Shown here: in pieces, positions 8,205 through 15,816 of the stretch | Numbering within the stretch: the first letter of the stretch is position 1 | How the letters are laid out: each line of letters opens with the position of its first letter | Assembly: GCA_041160585.1 (NCBI GenBank) | Contig: JBEAWD010000191.1 | Location: 1-31,090 of the forward strand | DNA: 31,090 nucleotides | Source of the DNA: Pseudomonadota bacterium | GTDB taxonomy: Bacteria > Pseudomonadota > Gammaproteobacteria > Burkholderiales > Burkholderiaceae_C | Direction: 5' to 3' | Position numbers and translations under genes: made by a program | The notes under the pieces: generated by a model | Told to the model about the DNA's origin: nothing | The model's database searches: none | Seen by the model: only the letters and a program-made list of their open reading frames with translations

Positions 8205-9355
8205 ACCTTGATGAACCATTGGCGGCGCGCCATGAACACGGCGACGGCATAGAAAACAAGGACGAAGCCCAAGGCGAACAGCAGCGACACCTGGACCGGT
8301 GGCAGCCCCGAATGATGCAAAGCGGCCACCACGTGGGCCTTCAAACTCGTACCACCCAACTGGGTGAAGGCCAGTGCCTTGGCCACCAAGCCCCCCAGCA
8401 CGAACAGGAACAGCGCATTCATGCCGAAGTCGACCAAGGGTTGCGCCCACGTCCGCCAACGCGCGCGGCTGACCGCATCGGCCTGAGCGTCGAGCAGCCA
8501 GTGAAAGGCGGCGAAGATCAACAGCGCCCACCCAGCGGTGCTGGCCACATAGGCCGGCGTCCAAAGCGATTTGTTGATCGGCATGTTCAGCACCGCCAGC
8601 ACCTCCCCGGCCCACAGCGAGAGCAGGCCGGCCAGAACCAGCCCCATGCAACGCAGGCCCGGCTCTTGGGCATGCGCCATCCAATGCCCGGCCAGCACAC
8701 CGGCCAAGAGCGTGGCCACCGCCGGCAGGGTGCTCAACAAACCCTCAGGGTCCCAGGTGCGTGACTTGGCCCACAGGTGTCCGCCCATCAGGGCGCGGTC
8801 GATCCAACTGCCCGTGTCCTGCCCGGCCAGCAGCGACCCCACCCGAATGACCCCATCGTCGCCAGGTACCGCAACCGCCAGCATCAGCACGCTGTACAGC
8901 ACCAGCAGGCCAGCACCCACCAGGGCCTGCCCGCGCCAGGCCAACCAAACCACCACCGGCGCACACAAGATGATGCACAGCCCGATGCGCTGCAGCACAC
9001 CAGGCCAGCGCAGCGTGTGCCAATCGAAGGCGGGAATTGCGTTGAGCATCACGCCAATGGCGATGATGATCAGGCCCCGACGCATCAGGCCCACACACAA
9101 GGCCAGCGGCTTCAATCCCAGGGCTTGCCGCCGCCCCAGGCTCAACGGCATGGCCATGCCACAGATGAACAGGAAGAAGGGAAAGACCCAATCCGTCACG
9201 GTCCAGCCGTGCCAAGGCGCGTGCAGCAAGGGTGCATACACGTGGCTCCAGTCGCCCGGATTGTTGACCAGGAGCATCGCGGCAATGGTCGCGCCGCGAA
9301 ATGCGTCCAGGCTCAACAGTCTTGCGTTGACGGCCACGCCGATGGAGTCACTCAT
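8201..9355 (-). CDS. nagX: NagX / heparan-alpha-glucosaminide N-acetyltransferase (HGSNAT)-like membrane protein
   Basis: RLLSLDAFRG, VNNPG, LHAPWHGWTVTDWVFPFF, GVLQRIG, DPEGLLS, PINKSLWT motifs; multiple TM segments. Confidence 0.8.
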   Translation of the reverse strand: MSDSIGVAVNARLLSLDAFRGATIAAMLLVNNPGDWSHVYAPLLHAPWHGWTVTDWVFPFFLFICGMAMPLSLGRRQALGLKPLALCVGLMRRGLIIIAIGVMLNAIPAFDWHTLRWPGVLQRIGLCIILCAPVVVWLAWRGQALVGAGLLVLYSVLMLAVAVPGDDGVIRVGSLLAGQDTGSWIDRALMGGHLWAKSRTWDPEGLLSTLPAVATLLAGVLAGHWMAHAQEPGLRCMGLVLAGLLSLWAGEVLAVLNMPINKSLWTPAYVASTAGWALLIFAAFHWLLDAQADAVSRARWRTWAQPLVDFGMNALFLFVLGGLVAKALAFTQLGGTSLKAHVVAALHHSGLPPVQVSLLFALGFVLVFYAVAVFMARRQWFIKV

Positions 9356-10644
9356 GCGGCCTCCGGTTCCTCAGCTTGTCGGCGCCCAAATCCCTCGGGT
9401 ACGCGAATGAGCGCGGTCATCAGGAAGGAGGGAATCGCCGCCACCATGACCCAGGTGAAGAAGCCGACATAGCCCAGTTGATCCTGCAGCCAACCGCTCC
9501 AGAATCCCGGCACCATCATGCCCAGCGCCATGAAGCCCGTACAGATCGCATAGTGGGCTGTCTTGTGCGCACCGTCGGCGATCAGGATCATCACCATCAG
9601 GTAGGCCGCAAAGCCCAAACCGTAGCCGAACTGCTCCACCGCCAAGGCGACGCTGACCACCCACAGCTGCTGCGGTGGCCACAGCGCCATCGCCAGAAAC
9701 ACCAGGTTGGGCAGGTGCATGACCCACACCAGGGGCCACAGGCAGGCCTTCAGGCCAAACCTGGCAATCAGCAGGCCTCCGACGATGCCGCCTACGGTCA
9801 GCGCGATCAATCCCACGGTGCCATAGGCCACACCCACTTCCCGGGTAGACAGGCCCAACCCCCCCGCCTCCACCGGGTCCAACAAAAATGGCGCAGCCAA
9901 CTTCAGCAGTTGCGCCTCGGGGAAGCGGTACAGCAGCAGGTAGGCGATGCCCACGGCGATGGCGGGCTTGCGAAAGAAAGTTCCCAACACACGGAAAAAG
10001 TCCACAAACAGCGTGGACTGCACTTGACCGGGCCGGTCATCGGCCGCGTGCGGGAGCCGCCAAGCGTGATAGGCCCCCACCACCAAGAAGAACACGGCCA
10101 GGCTGCCCATCACCACCTGCCAGGCCAGCACGGCCGAGCCACTTCGCTCAGCCACTTCGCCGGCCAGCACCACCAGCCCACCCTGCCCCGCGATATTGGC
10201 CAGGCGGTAGAAGGTGGAACGGATGCCCACGAAGGCGGCCTGTTGGTGTGTGGGCAGGGCCATCATGTAGTAGCCATCGGCTGCGATGTCGTGGCTGGCG
10301 CTGGCGAAGGCCATCAGCCACAGCAGGGCCAGGCTCCAGCGCAACCAGTTTTCCGCGGGCAAGCTCAAGGCCACCATGGCCACCAGCGCACCCACCGCGA
10401 ACTGCAGCATCCAAATCCAACGCCGTCGCGTGCCCAGCAATTCGATCAGGGGGCTCCACAGCGGCTTGATCACCCAGGGCAGATAAAGCCAACTCGTGTA
10501 CACCGCGATGTCGGTGTTGGACAGCCCCAGGTTCTTGAACATCACCACACTCAGGGACATGACCACCGCATAGGGCAAGCCCTGGAGCAGGTACAGGCTG
10601 GGCACCCACGCCCAGGGGCCGGATTCAGCCTTGAGCGTTGACAT
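9352..10644 (-). CDS. ampG: AmpG-like MFS transporter (muropeptide permease family)
   Basis: PSLYLLQGLPY, IKPLWSPLIE, SASHDIAADGYY, AHYAICTG; 12-TM MFS pattern. Family-level call; substrate not proven. Confidence 0.75.
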   Translation of the reverse strand: MSTLKAESGPWAWVPSLYLLQGLPYAVVMSLSVVMFKNLGLSNTDIAVYTSWLYLPWVIKPLWSPLIELLGTRRRWIWMLQFAVGALVAMVALSLPAENWLRWSLALLWLMAFASASHDIAADGYYMMALPTHQQAAFVGIRSTFYRLANIAGQGGLVVLAGEVAERSGSAVLAWQVVMGSLAVFFLVVGAYHAWRLPHAADDRPGQVQSTLFVDFFRVLGTFFRKPAIAVGIAYLLLYRFPEAQLLKLAAPFLLDPVEAGGLGLSTREVGVAYGTVGLIALTVGGIVGGLLIARFGLKACLWPLVWVMHLPNLVFLAMALWPPQQLWVVSVALAVEQFGYGLGFAAYLMVMILIADGAHKTAHYAICTGFMALGMMVPGFWSGWLQDQLGYVGFFTWVMVAAIPSFLMTALIRVPEGFGRRQAEEPEAA

Positions 10645-11815
10645 CGATCACCTCACCTTCGACCACCACCTGCCGCACCGCCAGCGTAGCCGGGTCCAGC
10701 ACCACCATATCGGCCCATGAGCCTTGCGCCAGCGTGCCGCGATCGTGCAAGCCCAGGTAACGGGCGGCGTTCGTGCTGACCCTTGCACAGGCCTGAGCCA
10801 CCGGCAGCCCGATCTGCACCAGGTTGCGCAGCGCCTGGTCCATGGTCAAAGCGCTGCCGGCCAAGGTGCCGTCGGGCAATCGCACTCCGCCCATGCACTT
10901 GTGCACGATGTGCTGCCCCAGGGGGTACTGCCCATCGGGCATGCCAGCCGCTGCGGTGGCGTCAGTCACCGCGAACAAGCCCGGCACCGCCCGCAAAGCC
11001 GCATGGATGGCACCCGGGTGCACATGCAGAAGATCCGGAATCAATTCGGCATGCTCGGCGTGGGCCAGCGCAGCCCCCACCGCGCCGGGTGCGCGGTGGT
11101 GCATCGGACCCATCGCGTTGAACAGATGGGTGAAGCCCGTGGCCCCCCGTTGCAGGGCCTGCAGCGCCTCTTCGTAGGTGGCGCGGGTATGGCCCACCTG
11201 CACACGAATACCGGCGGCCACCAACGGCGGAATCAGAGCCAAGTTGCCGGGCACCTCCGGCGCCAGCGTCAGCACGCGGATCGGCGCGATGGCGTGCAAG
11301 CGCATCACTTCTTCCAGAGTGGCTGGCTTGGCATACGAAGGTTGCGCCCCCAGTTGGTCTGGGCTGATGTAGGGGCCTTCCAGGTGGACGCCCAGGACAC
11401 GGGCGCACTGCGGATCACGTTCGATGCACTGGGGAGCCACGGCATGAAGCGCCGCCTCGATCTCGCGCACAGGCGCGGTCATCGTGGTGGCCAGCAAGGC
11501 GGTGGTGCCGTGCTGTGCGTGCACACGCGCCATGGCGGTGACGGCGCCACGGCCCTCCATGGTGTCGCGCCCACCACCGCCGTGAACATGGAGGTCGATG
11601 AAGCCGGGAACGATCAACGGCGGCGCGCCGGCGCTGCGACTCTCTTGCGCCACGGGCACGCCTTCCACTTTGGTCACACGGCCCGCGAGCCATTGGACGT
11701 GGCCATCCACCCAGCCGCCTGGGCCCAGAACCTGACCGTGCAGCGCCGCCGGTGGAGACTGGACGACATGCGTATCCGCATTGACACCCGATGGCTGACG
11801 GCGCGTGCTTTCCAT
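10625..11815 (-). CDS. nagA: N-acetylglucosamine-6-phosphate deacetylase
   Basis: PGFIDLHVHG, GVHLEGPY, GHT, THLFNAM, VTDA, LAGSALTM. Start uncertain (ATG 11815 or TTG 11833). Confidence 0.92.
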   Translation of the reverse strand: MESTRRQPSGVNADTHVVQSPPAALHGQVLGPGGWVDGHVQWLAGRVTKVEGVPVAQESRSAGAPPLIVPGFIDLHVHGGGGRDTMEGRGAVTAMARVHAQHGTTALLATTMTAPVREIEAALHAVAPQCIERDPQCARVLGVHLEGPYISPDQLGAQPSYAKPATLEEVMRLHAIAPIRVLTLAPEVPGNLALIPPLVAAGIRVQVGHTRATYEEALQALQRGATGFTHLFNAMGPMHHRAPGAVGAALAHAEHAELIPDLLHVHPGAIHAALRAVPGLFAVTDATAAAGMPDGQYPLGQHIVHKCMGGVRLPDGTLAGSALTMDQALRNLVQIGLPVAQACARVSTNAARYLGLHDRGTLAQGSWADMVVLDPATLAVRQVVVEGEVIDVNAQG

Positions 11816-11884
11816 CCGCAGATCATCGCTCAAAAGTCTGGCCCGGCTAGCGTCACCGCTGCCTACGCGCCAGATTGGATTAGA

Positions 11885-11906
11885 CTGAAAACGCCCGTTG
11901 TTTCAG
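11885..11906. promoter_or_regulatory. Inverted repeat in the nagA/hypothetical divergent intergenic region (candidate operator)
   Basis: CTGAAA-N10-TTTCAG. Confidence 0.3.
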
Positions 11907-11950
11907 CCGACTGCCATCATCTATCCCCCCTAAGCTTCAACCCAACGCCC

Positions 11951-12994
11951 ATGCGCGAAGCCGGTACGCGCCAACGCGCCCACCTCTGGTTGTCCACCCT
12001 GGTTGCGCCGTACTTGGGCGCCGGCAGGCGGGACTTCAGTTTCCGCCTCTACGAGGGCGAGGGAATCACGCGCACGGGCGAGGGAATGATGTTTCTGTCG
12101 CCCGCACGTGGCGAAGTGATCGGCATCAGCCCCGAGTTCATTGCGCTGCGAACCGGCGAAACCCGCTTCGACGTGATCACCATCCAGTTCATGGAGCAGC
12201 CCCTGCTGATGGGCCAGCGGGTGAAGCTGCGCTACTACGACATGCGTCGCTTCGACGGTTCGCGCGTGAGCGCCGATCTCGAGTTGGAAAGCGAGTCCCA
12301 AGGCGCGTCCTCGGTCGCCGATGTGCTGCGCGTGCGCTTTCCCATCACCTGGCCGGGTCGGGCGCTGCCGCCGCCCATGCGGCGAATGGCGGCAACGATG
12401 CAGGTGGCCCAATCGCGCGCCTTGATGACGCTGGTCGAACTGATGGAGTCGCAGATGTGCGACACCTTGCGCAATGTACCCAGCCTGCTGGTGGACGCGG
12501 GCGCCCGGCAAGTGCACGTGCGCGAGGTGCCGGAGGAAGTGCTGTTTGGCAAGCCGGTCCAAGGCTCCAGCGTGGCCACCCTCAGCGTCACGGTTCGCAC
12601 CCGGCGCTTTGCCGGCACCGTTGAGTTGGAGTTCGACGCCGTCAGCGGCACCTTCTGCGTGAAGCTCGGCACCAGCGGGGGCCGAGGCTCTGGTCAGCTG
12701 TTTGAGAACCTGCAACCCAGCGGGGTGGCCAAGGTGTTGACCGAGCGGGTGGACGATGGCCGCTGGCGTCTGGTGCACACCGAACCGACGGACGATGCGC
12801 TGCCTGCGGCGGCTGCACGGCAACCGACCCAAGCAAGCCAATCGACTCGGTCGCGACAAGCGCCCCCCGCGCGACCCTCGACGCGTCGCTGGCAGTCGTC
12901 TTGGATGCTGTTGGTGTTGCTGGGGGCCATTGCCCTCGTGTTCTACGCCACCGACGGCGCCGGCCTGTTCCGTTTGTTGGGGCACAAGACCTGA
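11951..12994 (+). CDS. Uncharacterised protein with a C-terminal low-complexity linker and single TM helix
   Basis: 347 aa from ATG 11951 in the 10724..12994 frame. Protein-like composition; tail WMLLVLLGAIALVFYA. Core motifs RRFDG, LLVDAGAR, FAGTV, VDDGRWR. Confidence 0.7.
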   Translation: MREAGTRQRAHLWLSTLVAPYLGAGRRDFSFRLYEGEGITRTGEGMMFLSPARGEVIGISPEFIALRTGETRFDVITIQFMEQPLLMGQRVKLRYYDMRRFDGSRVSADLELESESQGASSVADVLRVRFPITWPGRALPPPMRRMAATMQVAQSRALMTLVELMESQMCDTLRNVPSLLVDAGARQVHVREVPEEVLFGKPVQGSSVATLSVTVRTRRFAGTVELEFDAVSGTFCVKLGTSGGRGSGQLFENLQPSGVAKVLTERVDDGRWRLVHTEPTDDALPAAAARQPTQASQSTRSRQAPPARPSTRRWQSSWMLLVLLGAIALVFYATDGAGLFRLLGHKT

Positions 12995-13046
12995 GCGCTC
13001 GCTGGCCGGTATGGGGCCAGATTTCTCACCGGCTCAGGGGCGTTCC

Positions 13047-13052
13047 TATACT
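13047..13052 (+). promoter_or_regulatory. Candidate sigma70 -10 hexamer for the spmAB/serine hydrolase pair
   Basis: TATACT about 27 nt upstream of ATG 13080 in otherwise GC-rich DNA. Confidence 0.4.
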
Positions 13053-13079
13053 GCGCGCTCCTACAGCCCGGATCTGCGC

Positions 13080-14327
13080 ATGGCCCTGAACTTTATCTGG
13101 ATCGGCTTCATCCTTATCGGCTTCGCCGTGGCCGCGGTGAAGGTGATGATGGGCCAGACCGCGCTCTTCGGTCAGATGCTCACCGGCCTGTTCGACATGG
13201 CCAAGACGGGCTTCGACATCTCGCTGGGTCTGGTGGGCGTGATGACGCTGTGGTTGGGCATCATGAAGATCGGCGAGCAGGCCGGTGTCATCGAGGTGTT
13301 CGCGCGCGGTGTGGCGCCCTTCTTCCGCCGCATCTTCCCGGGAATCCCTGACGGACACCCAGCCAGCGGCAGCATCACCATGAACGCCTCGGCCAATATG
13401 CTGGGCTTGGACAACGCGGCCACGCCCCTGGGCCTGAAGGCCATGCGGGAGTTGCAGGAGATCAACCCGGACAAGTCGACCGCCTCGGATCCGATGATCA
13501 TGTTCCTGGTGCTCAACACGGCCGGCATCACCCTGATTCCCACTTCGGTGATCGCCATCCGCCAGAGCCTGGCGGTGGAACAAGGCCTGACGAACTTCAA
13601 CGGCGCCGACATCTTCCTGCCCACCCTGATCGGTACCTTCATCTCCTTCGTGGCCGGCTTGCTGGCGGTGGCCTGGGTGCAGCGCATCAACCTGCTGTGC
13701 GCACCGGTGGTGGCCTTCTTCGGAGGCTTTGCGGCGCTGATGGGTGCGCTGTACCTGTGGCTCAACGGCCTGCCCGCTGCCGAGATGAGCAAGGCCATCG
13801 CCGTGCTGGGCAGCGGCGTCATCCTGAGCATCATCGTGCTGTTCGTGGCAGTGGGCGCGGTGCGGCGCATCAACGTGTACGAGGCCTTCGTGGACGGTGC
13901 CAAGGAAGGCTTCGGCGTGGCGGTGCAGATCATTCCCTACCTGGTGGCCATGTTGGCGGCGATTTCGGTGTTCCGCAGCAGTGGCTGCATGGACTACCTG
14001 GTGCAGGCGATCGGGGCGGGTGTGCGTGCACTGGGGCTGGACGACCAGTTTGTGCCCGCGCTGCCGGTGGGCCTGATGAAGACCATGTCGGGCAGCGGCG
14101 CGCGCGGCCTGATGGTCGATGTGCTCAAGACCTACGGCGTCGACTCCTTCGAAGGGCGGCTGGCCAGCATCATCCAAGGCTCCACCGAAACCACCTTCTA
14201 TGTGCTGGCGGTCTACTTCGGCAGCGTGGGCATCAAGAAGACGCGCCACGCCCTGGGCTGCGCACTGACGGCCGATGCGGTGGGGCTGATCGGCGCCATC
14301 CTGGTGGGATACGCCTTCTATGGCTGA
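13080..14327 (+). CDS. SpmA/SpmB fusion, nucleoside-recognition (Gate) domain membrane protein
   Basis: MALNFIW, LWLGIMKIGE, SANMLGLDNAATPLGLKAM (SpmA half); VYEAFVDGAKEG, SGSGARG, GSTETTFYVLAVYFG (SpmB half). Confidence 0.88.
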   Translation: MALNFIWIGFILIGFAVAAVKVMMGQTALFGQMLTGLFDMAKTGFDISLGLVGVMTLWLGIMKIGEQAGVIEVFARGVAPFFRRIFPGIPDGHPASGSITMNASANMLGLDNAATPLGLKAMRELQEINPDKSTASDPMIMFLVLNTAGITLIPTSVIAIRQSLAVEQGLTNFNGADIFLPTLIGTFISFVAGLLAVAWVQRINLLCAPVVAFFGGFAALMGALYLWLNGLPAAEMSKAIAVLGSGVILSIIVLFVAVGAVRRINVYEAFVDGAKEGFGVAVQIIPYLVAMLAAISVFRSSGCMDYLVQAIGAGVRALGLDDQFVPALPVGLMKTMSGSGARGLMVDVLKTYGVDSFEGRLASIIQGSTETTFYVLAVYFGSVGIKKTRHALGCALTADAVGLIGAILVGYAFYG

Positions 14328-15549
14328 ACGAGGCTTCACCCATGCCGAACTGGCCGCGGCACTGCGCGAAGCCCTGAGGGCCAGCCTCGCCCAAGCGCCT
14401 GCCTTCGACCCCCCGCCCACGCTGGACTTGGCGGTGGTGGCCTTCCCGCATGGCGCGCCGCCCGTGTGGGCCAACGTGCTGGTCACGCGCGGCCACCTCG
14501 AAGGCGTGGTGGCCCGCATCGGTGCTGATGCCGGCCCGGTGCAGGACATCCGTTACCTCGTGGATCCAAGCGACGAACAAAGGCGATCGATCGCCTGGCA
14601 GCCCGGCGCCGATTGGACACGCCTGCAAGGCTTGCGTACGCTGCAGGGCAGTGGTCCCTTCGAATCGATCGCCCCATACCCCGCCTCACTCATCAAGCTG
14701 ATGGTGGCCGTGGGCGTGGGCCTGCTGGTGGACCAGGGCCAGGCCGATTGGAACGAGACCTGGGCCTGGAGCGGAACCACACGACCGGTCGTCGAGTGGG
14801 CCGACCGCATGATCACCGAAAGCCGCAACGACGACACCAGCGCCCTGGTGGCCTTGCTCCATGCGCGGGGACTCATCGAGCGCAATGCCGCTGGACAGGA
14901 AGTGCGCAACGGCCTGCACGAAGCCTTCACCGCCGCGGGCCTTTCCACCCTTCGCCTGGCCAATACCCGGGCCGACGGCGGCTGGCTCAACCGCGATGGT
15001 GCGGGCGTGGGACACCTACAGATGACCGCCTGGGACACGGTGCGCCTGCTGTGGCTGATGCTGCCCGCGGTGATGCCCGATGTCCTGCCACCCCCCTGGT
15101 TGCCGGCTTCCCACCGTCCCCTGATGCGGCCCGCGGCGGCCGCACCGATCTGGCGGCTGCTCGATGAGCAGGCCCTGCACGAGGCGCTGTCGACGTCCAT
15201 CGCAGTCGGGATGCCCGGTTGGCGCGCCGGGATCCCGGCCGAGGTGCCCGAGCGCTGGATACAAGGCGATGGCCGTGTGAAGGCGGCCGATCGCGCCTGG
15301 CCAGGAGACGTGAGGTCTGTCCAGCGCCAAGCCACGGTGCGATTTGCCCACAAGACAGGAACCACGGAGAACTACCTGTCGGACGCCGGGCTGGTGCGCG
15401 GTCGCGCTCCCGGTGGGCGCCGCTACCTGGTGGCGCTGCTCAGCACCTTGGGGTCACGGCATGCGCCGCATCCAAACCTGGCCACCGACTGGTGCATCGC
15501 CGACCTCGGCGCACGCATCGACCGTTGGCTGGCCGACCGACTGGGCTGA
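14320..15549 (+). CDS. Class A beta-lactamase-like serine hydrolase (PBP/beta-lactamase fold), no signal peptide
   Basis: SxxK (PASLIK), SxN (SRN), KTG (HKTGTT). Start overlaps the spmAB stop by 8 nt. Confidence 0.8.
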   Translation: MAERGFTHAELAAALREALRASLAQAPAFDPPPTLDLAVVAFPHGAPPVWANVLVTRGHLEGVVARIGADAGPVQDIRYLVDPSDEQRRSIAWQPGADWTRLQGLRTLQGSGPFESIAPYPASLIKLMVAVGVGLLVDQGQADWNETWAWSGTTRPVVEWADRMITESRNDDTSALVALLHARGLIERNAAGQEVRNGLHEAFTAAGLSTLRLANTRADGGWLNRDGAGVGHLQMTAWDTVRLLWLMLPAVMPDVLPPPWLPASHRPLMRPAAAAPIWRLLDEQALHEALSTSIAVGMPGWRAGIPAEVPERWIQGDGRVKAADRAWPGDVRSVQRQATVRFAHKTGTTENYLSDAGLVRGRAPGGRRYLVALLSTLGSRHAPHPNLATDWCIADLGARIDRWLADRLG

Positions 15550-15688
15550 TCCAGCGAATCGTCTGGCCCATCGGCGTGGGCCGCAAGGTGTTCGATTCGG
15601 GCAACACCGAATCCTCGTGTTTTCCCCTAGAAGCGCGCCAAGCCGTTGAAGTGCACGCGGGCTGGCGCCGCAGCTTGGTCGTCTTATG

Positions 15689-15707
15689 CCATAACCTTGA
15701 CTTATGG
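15689..15707. promoter_or_regulatory. LysR-type recognition box upstream of the TonB-dependent receptor
   Basis: CCATAA-CCTTGAC-TTATGG, a perfect 6-bp dyad containing T-N11-A. A near-copy lies at 27985-28003. Confidence 0.65.
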
Positions 15708-15737
15708 TTTCCGACTGATTCGTCAGCCGGGCATTCG

Positions 15738-15771
15738 CGCAGCACCCGGTGGTGCTGCGTTACATTTTTTT
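15738..15771 (+). terminator. Hairpin plus T-tract (intrinsic terminator-like) upstream of the receptor gene
   Basis: CGCAGCACC-cggt-GGTGCTGCG (9-bp stem) followed by TTACATTTTTTT. Confidence 0.45.
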
Positions 15772-15816
15772 GGTTAAGCACCCGGCCCTCAACTGGGCCA
15801 TGCGTAGGAGATCCGC

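Noticed and set aside
10724-11950. N-terminal 409 codons of the 756-aa plus ORF
   Set aside because: Lies antisense to nagA; only the part from ATG 11951 looks coding.
11930-12985. 351-aa minus-strand ORF
   Set aside because: Antisense shadow of the plus-strand protein at 11951-12994; H/Q/G/A-rich text typical of GC-rich antisense frames and no motifs.
14320-15549. Calling the serine hydrolase an antibiotic-resistance beta-lactamase
   Set aside because: No signal peptide, no recognisable omega-loop ExxLN motif, and the context is PG catabolism.
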